Assembly: GCA_938001965.1 (NCBI GenBank)
Contig: CALLBC010000033.1
Location: 1-57,691, forward strand
Length of the DNA stretch: 57,691 nucleotides
Origin: an uncultured Bdellovibrionales bacterium
Lineage (GTDB): Bacteria; Bdellovibrionota; Bdellovibrionia; Bdellovibrionales; UBA1609
Reading direction: 5' to 3'
Both the position numbers and the translations under genes were made by a program. Positions 8,148-16,471 of this stretch are shown piece after piece. The notes beneath the pieces were generated by a model, which did no database searches, was not told the DNA's origin, and worked only from the letters and a program-made list of their open reading frames with translations. The stretch's first letter is position 1, and every line of letters starts with the position of its first letter.

Positions 8148-9347
8148 ATGAGCTTTGGTGTTTATTTTCACATTCCATACTGTTTGCAAAGATGTCATTA
8201 TTGTGACTTTGCAACCTATGAAGTTGATAGCATTCTTGAGCCCAGTAAGTATATTGAGCTTTTAAAAAAGGAAATGCAACTCCGCCACAAGTCCATCCCA
8301 CATAAAAAAATTGATTCTATCTATTTTGGTGGCGGAACACCTAGCCTATTAGAACCGAAATATATTGTATCTCTTATAAGTGAGCTTGCCAATTTGGGCT
8401 TTAAATTTAAACCCAATATTGAAATTACAATGGAAATTAACCCAGGAACAAAGTTCAATGAGAATCTTGGGGACTACATCATGGGCGGCGTAAACCGCTT
8501 TAGTGTTGGCGCACAAAGCTTTAGTGATGAACATTTAAATAACTGTGGTCGAAAACATAGTGCTCTTGAAACATGCCAGACTTTAGACCTATTAAAAAAA
8601 CATGAATTAAACTTTTCTTTAGATATTTTGTTTGCATTACCAAAACAAACGCTTGAGGAGCTTTCTTATGATGTTGATAAGGCTCTTTCTTTTAATCCAA
8701 AACATATCAGTGCTTACTGCTTAACAGTTCCCGAGGGACATCGCATGTCTAAAGAAAGAGCTATTGATAGTGTTCAAGTTGAAATGTTTAATCTTATTGA
8801 AAGTAAACTTAACTCACAAAACCTAAGCAAGTATGAAATCTCAAATTTTTCAACTCCAAACTATGAATCTATACATAATATGATTTATTGGACTGACCAG
8901 CCATACTGGGGAATAGGCCTTAGTGCACACTCGTATTTTCCAGAATTAAATTTACGCTTTTGGAACCCCAAATCTATTGGTGAGTTCCGTAAGCTTATAA
9001 GTAACAACAATATTGAGCTTATGAACTTAAACTGTATCGAGAACCATTTGGATAAAAGTAACTATGAGCTCTTAAAACCACATGAAATCATGACTGATTT
9101 TTGTCATATTCATTTGCGCACCTTAAAAGGGCTACCAAAAGAGGCGCTGCGTAATCGATTTAACCCTAAACAAAATATTTTAATCCATGATCGCCTTATT
9201 GGTTTAGAGCGAAAAGGGCTCATTAAGCAATCTAATAGCTCTTGGTTTCTTTCTAAACAAGGTCTTCTAGTCTCAAATCTAGTTTTCAAAGACCTCTTCT
9301 TTTCATACTCAGATTTACTGACAAAGGATGACTTTTCTACTTTATAA
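8148..9347 (+). CDS. hemW: Radical SAM heme chaperone HemW (HemN-like)
   Basis: YFHIPYCLQRCHYCDF (CxxxCxxC), YFGGGTPS, YEISNFS and HNMIYW motifs. Confidence 0.92.
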   Translation: MSFGVYFHIPYCLQRCHYCDFATYEVDSILEPSKYIELLKKEMQLRHKSIPHKKIDSIYFGGGTPSLLEPKYIVSLISELANLGFKFKPNIEITMEINPGTKFNENLGDYIMGGVNRFSVGAQSFSDEHLNNCGRKHSALETCQTLDLLKKHELNFSLDILFALPKQTLEELSYDVDKALSFNPKHISAYCLTVPEGHRMSKERAIDSVQVEMFNLIESKLNSQNLSKYEISNFSTPNYESIHNMIYWTDQPYWGIGLSAHSYFPELNLRFWNPKSIGEFRKLISNNNIELMNLNCIENHLDKSNYELLKPHEIMTDFCHIHLRTLKGLPKEALRNRFNPKQNILIHDRLIGLERKGLIKQSNSSWFLSKQGLLVSNLVFKDLFFSYSDLLTKDDFSTL

Positions 9348-9383
9348 ATATATAAAATTAAGACTATTCTATTTAACCTGGAG

Positions 9384-9971
9384 ATGAATATCTTGGACAA
9401 TGAAAGTGATAAAAAGCCTGACGAAGTAGAGGTGCCAAACCCAGATCCTATAGAGGTGGACCCTGTTTCTGCACTGGAAGAACAAAATACTAAATTAAAA
9501 AATGAATATTTATATTTACGTGCTGAGTTTGATAACTTCAGAAAAAACTCAATTAAAGAAAGGTCTGATTTAATTAAATATGGCCCAGAAAGACTTGCCG
9601 CTGGTTTACTAGAAGTTTTAGATATTTTTGAAAAAGCCATGAGCGCAGAGGTTAACCCTGAAAACTTAGATAGTTTTATTGAAGGCATCAATATGACATC
9701 AAAAGAACTTAACTCAACGCTTGAAAGATTTGGCGTTAAGGCCGTTGCATCTATGGGAGAAGCTTTTGACCCTAACATACACGAAGCTCTAGGTAGCGAG
9801 GTCAGCGATTCTGTTCCTGCAGGGCATATTACTCAGGTCTTTAAAAAGCCTTATCGCTTTCACGATAAAATTTTAAGACATGGCCAAGTGATTATTGCCA
9901 AGGCTGCAGAGACAACGGCGAATAATGAAGCACAAGACAATGATGACGACGAAATTATAGGCTTTGAATAA
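9384..9971 (+). CDS. grpE: Nucleotide exchange factor GrpE
   Basis: YLRAEFDNFRK, FDPNIHEA and Y..HDKILR motifs. Confidence 0.96.
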   Translation: MNILDNESDKKPDEVEVPNPDPIEVDPVSALEEQNTKLKNEYLYLRAEFDNFRKNSIKERSDLIKYGPERLAAGLLEVLDIFEKAMSAEVNPENLDSFIEGINMTSKELNSTLERFGVKAVASMGEAFDPNIHEALGSEVSDSVPAGHITQVFKKPYRFHDKILRHGQVIIAKAAETTANNEAQDNDDDEIIGFE

Positions 9972-9980
9972 AGGATCCTT

Positions 9981-11933
9981 ATGTTTAAAAAAATTATTTA
10001 TGTATTATTTTGTATCTTTACTAGTTTGACCCTAACCCATTGTGCAGGGTCTTCCCAAAAAAGAGCACCTATTTCTGCCAATCAAAATGATATACTGGCT
10101 TATAAAAAAGCTAAGCTCATGCTAGAAAAAGGACAGGCAGCACAAGGACTTACAATATTAAATACGCTGGCCACTAAGCTTCCTGTTAATGATGTAACAG
10201 ATGATGCTTATTTCTTAATGGCCAACTATTATTTCTCAAGAAAAAACTATGTAAAGGCCTACCGAAGTTATTTACCAATTATTAAATCTGAATTTTTTAG
10301 CCCAAAAGAAGCTAAGGCTTATTTACAATCGGCTTATTGCTTAAAGTATAATGGACAGCCTGACGAGGCCTTAAGCCTAATCAATACAGGACTGAGTCGT
10401 GCCGAAATGGATATGCCAACCAAAATTAAGTCTTATGAATTAAAAGCACAAATTGAAGAGTCCACTGGTGATCATTTGGCCTCAGCACAATCTTTATCAT
10501 TTTTAGCTCAAAATCACCCTAATCAAAATATTAAAAAGCAATCTCTTACAAAAGCTAAATCTAAAATTGAAAGTAAAATTGCTGCTCCTAATTTAAAATC
10601 TATCGCTGAGGGCCGTAATTATCCAAGTGAAATTATTGCCGTTGCGAATTATAAATACGGCGAACACCTTTACAATAATGGTGATAAAGACGGAGCCTAC
10701 AAGTACTTTAATAATGTAGTAACATCTGCACCAAGCTCTGAGTATGCAACTAAAGCCAAAACATTGTTCAGTAACTTGAAAGCGGCGTCTGTCACTGACC
10801 CCTACTCTATTGGCGTAATACTTCCCCTTACTGGAAGGCACCGACATATTGGCCAAAAAACTCTTAAGGGCATTCAACTTGCTCTTGGGATTTTTGGGGA
10901 CACGCCATCAAATTTTAAACTTTCTGTTTTTGATAGCCAGTCAAAGACTGATATTGCAGCCCAAGGCGTAGAAAAACTTGTCAAAGAAGATCATGTTATA
11001 GCCATTATTGGAGGCTTACTAAGTAAAACTTCGCAAGTGGTTGCTAACCTTGCTAATCAGTACCAAGTTCCCAATATTAGCCTTTCACAGAAGTCTAAAC
11101 TAACAGATATTGGTGATTTTATTTTTAGAAATGCTATTACCGGTGAATTACAAATTAGAACCTTAGTAAAGACGGCAATGGAAAAAAAGGGAATCAAGAG
11201 CTTTGCAATTTTATACCCAAACGACAATTATGGAACTGAATATGCAAATATGTTTTGGAGTGAAGTACGCGCCCGTGGCGGACAAGTAACATCTGCTCAA
11301 AGCTATGAACCAAAAGAAACTGACTTTAAGAATCATATTAAAAAACTTGTTGGTACTTTTTATATCGAAGATCGTAAACAGGAGTATCGACACCACCTTA
11401 ATGTTTGGTACTCTAAAAATAAAGGACGTCGAAAAAGTCCACCAGATGACCTTTTACCACCTATTGTTGATTTTCAAGCTCTATTCATCCCAGATAGTCC
11501 AAAAGCTTTGGGCCAAATTGCTCCAATGTTAAATTACTATAATGTTGAAGGGGTTACCTTGCTCGGCACTAACATTTGGAATCAACCAAGCCTAATCAAG
11601 AGAGGACAAAAATACGTTGAAGGTGCTCTTTTTGTTGAAGACCTCTCTGTTTTTAACAACGCTTATAAGAACACAAAATTTTATGAAGAATTCAAAAAAA
11701 CCTATGAAGAAGAACCTAACACTTTTTCAGCTCAAGCTTTTGACACCGCTAAACTTTTAGCAACTATTATTGAAAATGGAGAGCGCAGCCGAGTGGATGT
11801 TCGTCGCAGACTCGCTGGACTAAGGTCTTTTACAGGCGCAAAGGGTAAGGTTTTAATTAATAATCGCAGAGAGATGGTCAGCCCATTAATTGGCCTAACA
11901 GTTAAGGATCGAGAGATTATTAGTATTGAATAA
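9981..11933 (+). CDS. Penicillin-binding protein activator LpoA/LppC-like lipoprotein (TPR plus type I periplasmic binding fold)
   Basis: Lipobox LTHC; N-terminal TPR-like helices; IGVILPLTG, AIIGGL and AQAFD motifs. Confidence 0.8.
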   Translation: MFKKIIYVLFCIFTSLTLTHCAGSSQKRAPISANQNDILAYKKAKLMLEKGQAAQGLTILNTLATKLPVNDVTDDAYFLMANYYFSRKNYVKAYRSYLPIIKSEFFSPKEAKAYLQSAYCLKYNGQPDEALSLINTGLSRAEMDMPTKIKSYELKAQIEESTGDHLASAQSLSFLAQNHPNQNIKKQSLTKAKSKIESKIAAPNLKSIAEGRNYPSEIIAVANYKYGEHLYNNGDKDGAYKYFNNVVTSAPSSEYATKAKTLFSNLKAASVTDPYSIGVILPLTGRHRHIGQKTLKGIQLALGIFGDTPSNFKLSVFDSQSKTDIAAQGVEKLVKEDHVIAIIGGLLSKTSQVVANLANQYQVPNISLSQKSKLTDIGDFIFRNAITGELQIRTLVKTAMEKKGIKSFAILYPNDNYGTEYANMFWSEVRARGGQVTSAQSYEPKETDFKNHIKKLVGTFYIEDRKQEYRHHLNVWYSKNKGRRKSPPDDLLPPIVDFQALFIPDSPKALGQIAPMLNYYNVEGVTLLGTNIWNQPSLIKRGQKYVEGALFVEDLSVFNNAYKNTKFYEEFKKTYEEEPNTFSAQAFDTAKLLATIIENGERSRVDVRRRLAGLRSFTGAKGKVLINNRREMVSPLIGLTVKDREIISIE

Positions 11934-12133
11934 CAATAGCTTAACGACCCATTAGCATCATTTAATTGACCTATTTTAATTTTTAATTAGCCGGCGTTAC
12001 CTTTTATATAGTCTGACATATATCCCACTTGCTGGGGCTAGACTTTGGTAGTTTATTTTCTTAGTAAATTACTGCGAAATTCATGTCTAAATATATCAAT
12101 AATTTATTCTAACAACTTCAAGGAGGAGGTTAT

Positions 12134-12517
12134 ATGAGTAATACAATAGATCCCGTTACACTGGCTCAATGTAAGGAAAAACTATTAAGATCACGTGAAG
12201 AGGCTGTTGAACAGCTTGTAACCCTAAAGTCACAAATCAAAGAAACACAATATAAGGGTGACGAAATTGATCAAACTAATAATCAGCTGGATGAAATGAG
12301 AATTCTTACACAACAAAACCGCCTTAAAAAACTATTAATTGATATTGATGTTGCACTAAATAAAATCATTACTGGTTCATATGGTGTATGTGAACAAACA
12401 GAAGAAATTATAAGCTCAGCAAGACTTTTAGCCTTACCCTGGACTAGACTTAGTATTGAAGGTGCTGAAGTAAGTGACAGATTACGTAAAAGGTTTAAAC
12501 AACAGGGCCACACCTAA
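12134..12517 (+). CDS. DksA/TraR-family RNA polymerase-binding protein with a degenerate zinc finger
   Basis: Coiled coil with a DEID tip; GSYGVCEQT...RLLALPWTRLSIE C-terminal domain; strong AGGAGG SD. Confidence 0.88.
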   Translation: MSNTIDPVTLAQCKEKLLRSREEAVEQLVTLKSQIKETQYKGDEIDQTNNQLDEMRILTQQNRLKKLLIDIDVALNKIITGSYGVCEQTEEIISSARLLALPWTRLSIEGAEVSDRLRKRFKQQGHT

Positions 12518-12619
12518 AGTTTATATCTTCATCTAAATCCGTAAAACCCTTAAAGGAAATAAGTAAAACTCCGAATAACTAATTAAGAAATACAGTTAAA
12601 GTCTGCGGAGGGCTACTTA

Positions 12620-15025
12620 ATGAGCGATAATCAAGATAAAAAATTTCCAGAAACAATTCCTATGTTACCAGTCAGGGATATTGTTGTTTTCCCATACATG
12701 ATCTTACCACTATATGTTGGGAGAGAAAGTTCAATTAAAGCAGTTGAAGAAGCTTTATCAAAAGATCGCATGATCTTTTTAGCTTCACAAAAAGAGGTTA
12801 CAGAAGAAAATCCAAATTTTGATTCAATTCATAAAACTGGAACTGTCGCAATGATTATGCGCATGAGAAAACTTTCAGATGGTAGAATTAAAATTTTAAT
12901 TCAAGGGATGTCAAAAGCTAAAATAAACAAGCTTAATCAGACAGAGCCATATTTTGAAGCTAAAATTGAAAAAATTGAAACTAATGAGAACAAGTATAGT
13001 TCAGAAGAGTTAGATCCAATTATCCGCACTGTAAAAGAAAAATTAGAAAAAATTATCGCTCTTGGTAAACTTATCTCTCCAGATATTTTATTGGTTCTTG
13101 AAGATGTTAAAGAGCCGGGAAGACTTGCTGATTTAATAACAGGAAATTTAAATTTAAAAATTGAAGACTCTCAAAAAGTTTTAGAATCCAATGATTCTAA
13201 AGAACGCTTATTACTAGTAGACGAAATTTTAACTGCGGAACTTGAAGTTCTAGAAATGCAGACTAAAATTAAAAATACTGCAAAAGACGAAATGTCAAAA
13301 ACTCAACGTGAGTACTTTTTGCGCGAGCAAATGAGAGCTATTAAAAATGAACTTGGTGAAAATGACTCGAAATCTGAGGAAAATGATGAGTTAAGAAAGA
13401 AAATTGTAAACGCTGGCATGCCTACTGATGTCGAGGCTGAGGCCATTAAGCAACTTAATCGTTTAGAGCGTATGCACCCAGATGCTAGTGAGGCATCAAT
13501 GGTTAGAACATATTTAGATTGGATGATTGCACTTCCCTGGAATGTAAGCACTGAAGATGTTTTAGACCTTAAAAAATCAAAAGAAATTTTAGACGAAGAT
13601 CATTATGATTTAGAAAAAGCGAAGGATCGAATTTTAGAGTTCTTAGCTGTTCGTAAATTAAATAATAACAACTTATCTGGTCCTATTCTTTGTTTTGCTG
13701 GCCCTCCAGGTGTTGGTAAAACCTCTTTAGGAAAAAGTATTGCCCGGTCCATGGGACGAAAGTACTTCCGTGTTTCACTTGGTGGTGTAAAAGATGAAGC
13801 TGAAATTCGTGGTCACAGAAGAACATATGTTGGTGCTATGCCAGGGAAAATTGTTCAAGCATTAAAGCAAGTTGGCTCAAATAATGCTGTAATAGTTCTA
13901 GATGAAATTGACAAACTTGGTTCAGACTTTAGGGGTGACCCGAGCGCAGCTATGCTTGAGGTTTTAGATCCAGAGCAAAACTCTACATTTAGAGATAACT
14001 ATTTAAATGTTGATTTTGATTTAAGTAATGTTTTATTTTTAGCTACGGCCAATGTTTTAGACAATATCCCGGCGGCTTTACGTGACAGAATGGAAATTAT
14101 TCATATTTCTGGTTACACAGAAAATGACAAATCTATTATTGCCAAAAAGCATTTAATAAAAGATCAAATTAAAGTTAATGGACTTAAAGAAGAGCAAATC
14201 TCATTTACTGATGATGGCTTGAAGTATTTAATTTCACATTACACAAGAGAAGCCGGCTTAAGGAATTTAAAACGTGTTATCGGTTCTGTTTGCAGAAAGG
14301 TTGCTAAAAACATTGTTATGGGCCTAGGGACTAAATATAATGTTACAAAAGAAACTGTTACTGAGCTATTAGGTGCTCCTCACTTTTTAAAAGAAGAAGC
14401 CCTAAAAGAAAATCAAGTTGGTATAACTACTGGACTTGCATGGACTCAGGCTGGTGGCCAAATTCTTTATGTTGAAGCTATTAAAATGAAGGGTAAAGGT
14501 GGGTTGATTCTCACTGGGCAACTTGGCGATGTAATGAAAGAATCTGCTAGAGCAGCTATGTCATATGCAAAATCAAATGCTGAAGGCCTTGGAATTGATC
14601 ACGAATGGTTTAATGAAAATGAAATACATATTCATTTACCTGCCGGAGCAATACCAAAAGATGGACCATCTGCCGGTGTGACTATGTCAACATCTCTAAT
14701 TAGTCTCATGACTGACACTCCAATTAGAAAGGATGTTTGTATGACTGGTGAGGTTACTTTAACAGGTCGTGTTCTTCCAGTTGGCGGAATTAAAGAAAAA
14801 GTTCTTGCGGCACTCAGCCATGGAATTAAAACAGTTATAGTTCCTATATCTAATAAAAAAGATGTGGATGAAATTCCTGAACACTTCAAAGAAGGAATGA
14901 ACTTTGTTTTTGTTGAAAATATTGATGAGGTGATTGCTGTTGCTTTTGATAAATCTGCTAAAGGTAAAAAAGATTCGACAAATAAAAAGGGTAGAAAAAA
15001 GAAAAATATTTCTGCTGCAGCATAA
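12620..15025 (+). CDS. lon: ATP-dependent protease La (Lon)
   Basis: LON N-domain, Walker A GPPGVGKT, GHRRTYVGAMPG, catalytic PKDGPSAG and GGIKEK. Confidence 0.98.
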   Translation: MSDNQDKKFPETIPMLPVRDIVVFPYMILPLYVGRESSIKAVEEALSKDRMIFLASQKEVTEENPNFDSIHKTGTVAMIMRMRKLSDGRIKILIQGMSKAKINKLNQTEPYFEAKIEKIETNENKYSSEELDPIIRTVKEKLEKIIALGKLISPDILLVLEDVKEPGRLADLITGNLNLKIEDSQKVLESNDSKERLLLVDEILTAELEVLEMQTKIKNTAKDEMSKTQREYFLREQMRAIKNELGENDSKSEENDELRKKIVNAGMPTDVEAEAIKQLNRLERMHPDASEASMVRTYLDWMIALPWNVSTEDVLDLKKSKEILDEDHYDLEKAKDRILEFLAVRKLNNNNLSGPILCFAGPPGVGKTSLGKSIARSMGRKYFRVSLGGVKDEAEIRGHRRTYVGAMPGKIVQALKQVGSNNAVIVLDEIDKLGSDFRGDPSAAMLEVLDPEQNSTFRDNYLNVDFDLSNVLFLATANVLDNIPAALRDRMEIIHISGYTENDKSIIAKKHLIKDQIKVNGLKEEQISFTDDGLKYLISHYTREAGLRNLKRVIGSVCRKVAKNIVMGLGTKYNVTKETVTELLGAPHFLKEEALKENQVGITTGLAWTQAGGQILYVEAIKMKGKGGLILTGQLGDVMKESARAAMSYAKSNAEGLGIDHEWFNENEIHIHLPAGAIPKDGPSAGVTMSTSLISLMTDTPIRKDVCMTGEVTLTGRVLPVGGIKEKVLAALSHGIKTVIVPISNKKDVDEIPEHFKEGMNFVFVENIDEVIAVAFDKSAKGKKDSTNKKGRKKKNISAAA

Positions 15026-15047
15026 TTATAAAATTTAATTTATTATT

Positions 15048-15079
15048 AAAGCCCGAAGTATTTTACTTCGGGTTTTTTT
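15048..15079 (+). terminator. Rho-independent terminator after lon
   Basis: AAAGCCCGAAGTA-ttt-TACTTCGGGTTTTTTT stem-loop with U-tract; A-tract on the other side suggests it is bidirectional. Confidence 0.9.
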
Positions 15080-15106
15080 ATACTTTTCACATTAAGTATT
15101 ATCTTT

Positions 15107-15135
15107 CGTCATCCTGAACGCAGTGAAGGGTGACG
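15107..15135. repeat. GC-rich REP-like hairpin
   Basis: CGTCATCCT-gaacgcagtga-AGGGTGACG stem-loop between convergent genes; single copy in the window. Confidence 0.45.
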
Positions 15136-15157
15136 TAAGTAGTTTGATTATTTTGTT

Positions 15158-15448
15158 CTAAGGCTTACAGGTATAAGCTTTACCAGTTACTGAGGTTCCT
15201 GTTTCTGAAAACTGTTCTACCTTTATGTAAGTAGCACCTTTTGCTGCAGCAGCCTCTTTTAAGTCTGCCAAAGCATCTTCTTTAGTCCCCATTGATGTCA
15301 TTGTCGTGCCTCTTAATAAGCCCAACTCTTCACAGTCCCCCATAGGTAATTGCCTGCCCACTTCGATATCGCTACCAGACTGAATTATTGGTTGAGAACT
15401 ACATGATATTAAAACTAAAGATAATATTATATTTTTATAAATCTTCAT
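15158..15448 (-). CDS. Small lipoprotein, DUF4156-like
   Basis: Lipobox LISC; CEELG...LKEAAAAKGATY...GKAYTC pattern with two further Cys; overlaps the upstream gene by 14 nt. Confidence 0.75.
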   Translation of the reverse strand: MKIYKNIILSLVLISCSSQPIIQSGSDIEVGRQLPMGDCEELGLLRGTTMTSMGTKEDALADLKEAAAAKGATYIKVEQFSETGTSVTGKAYTCKP

Positions 15449-16028
15449 CTAACCAATCACTCGCAATTTCTAAGTTTGGAGTCGGAACATAATCAAGCTC
15501 AATTGGCTGTGGGTGAAGTTCTTCAATAGACTTGCTTTCTGTAAATCCACTTGAAATATTTTTTTCTAATTGGTCACAGCGATTTTCTAAGGCTTTTGTA
15601 AGCATTCTTAGATCTGTCATTTCATCTTTTAATAAAATGATCTGCTCTTCTTTTTCTTTTAATATTAGTGTGTATGCATTTTTAAGTTCTTTAAGTAAGA
15701 ACTCAACATTTGCAGAGATTTTAGTATTAGCATTGTCCTTTTTAGTATTTACCCTTTCCTCAAAGTTCAAGTTTGGAACTTCAAGCTCAAGACCTTGGTA
15801 ATTGTGTGGGGGGGCTACCGCAGTCTCATTGGGGGAAGGTTGGCGAGGAGTCAATTCGCCAAACGTATTTACTTTGTGGTCCTTTAATGGAGAGTTTCTC
15901 AAATAATACTTACCATCTTCATAAATATTCTCTGCTTTCCTAGATTTTATTCTTCGGCGCAGTGTTGATACACTAACTTTGTACTTACTTGAATATTCAG
16001 CTAAGGATAACCATTCATTATTTTGCAC
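15435..16028 (-). CDS. Hypothetical DNA-binding protein: N-terminal MerR/excisionase-like HTH plus C-terminal coiled coil
   Basis: WLSLAEYSSKYKVSVSTLRRRIK HTH pattern; heptad region LLKELKNAY...LENRCDQLEKNI; GTG start with GGGAG SD. Confidence 0.8.
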   Translation of the reverse strand: MQNNEWLSLAEYSSKYKVSVSTLRRRIKSRKAENIYEDGKYYLRNSPLKDHKVNTFGELTPRQPSPNETAVAPPHNYQGLELEVPNLNFEERVNTKKDNANTKISANVEFLLKELKNAYTLILKEKEEQIILLKDEMTDLRMLTKALENRCDQLEKNISSGFTESKSIEELHPQPIELDYVPTPNLEIASDWLDEDL

Positions 16029-16044
16029 TTAAACTCCCTTTAAA

Positions 16045-16452
16045 TGACTAAGCATACGTTAGCATAGCCAAAAACTTTGTAAAGTGAATAGGCCAAACTC
16101 TAGACTCAAGGCCTAATCAATCCGGTTAATCACCAGTATAATATGGCTTTTCGTCTAGTTTGCAATTTGAAACTCTACTCTGCCCTAGTTAATTTGACTA
16201 CGCGCATATACACAGTTTAGGTAGTCATCTTTTCACTGCTTTTCTAAGCTTTAGATAGTCATTATAACTGCCACCTTTAGTGCCCATGAACTTCATTGTT
16301 GTCCAGCCTTACCTGCCTAGCCAATGTAAATCCACTAAATTTGACTAGTCAAAAACAGGTGATATCTTTTTAATTTCAAATATTTAGCGCTGACCACTCA
16401 CCTTCGTCTAATTGCGAACAACAATACTAAGTTTTCTTGTCCTGACTATTAA
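16045..16452. repeat. Array of TGACTAGTCA-like palindromic sites
   Basis: Perfect 14-bp palindrome TTTGACTAGTCAAA at 16340-16353; 8/10 copies at 16045, 16314, 16391, 16443; exact half-sites at 16195, 16222, 16256. Confidence 0.7.
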
Positions 16453-16471
16453 CTTCTCTATATAATAAGTC

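Noticed and set aside
9110-9778. 222-aa minus-strand ORF
   Set aside because: Antisense shadow of hemW/grpE; Ser/Leu/Phe-rich with no motif.
12094-12106. IHF consensus match TATCAATAATTTA upstream of the dksA-like gene
   Set aside because: Several matches are expected by chance in AT-rich DNA, and no sigma54 promoter was found nearby.
15158-16028. HTH gene as an excisionase of an integrated element
   Set aside because: No integrase, att repeats, tRNA or visible compositional shift.
16029-16471. CRISPR array or ncRNA interpretation of the repeat-rich intergenic region
   Set aside because: Repeats are only 6-14 bp, irregularly spaced, with no cas genes and no recognisable RNA family structure.
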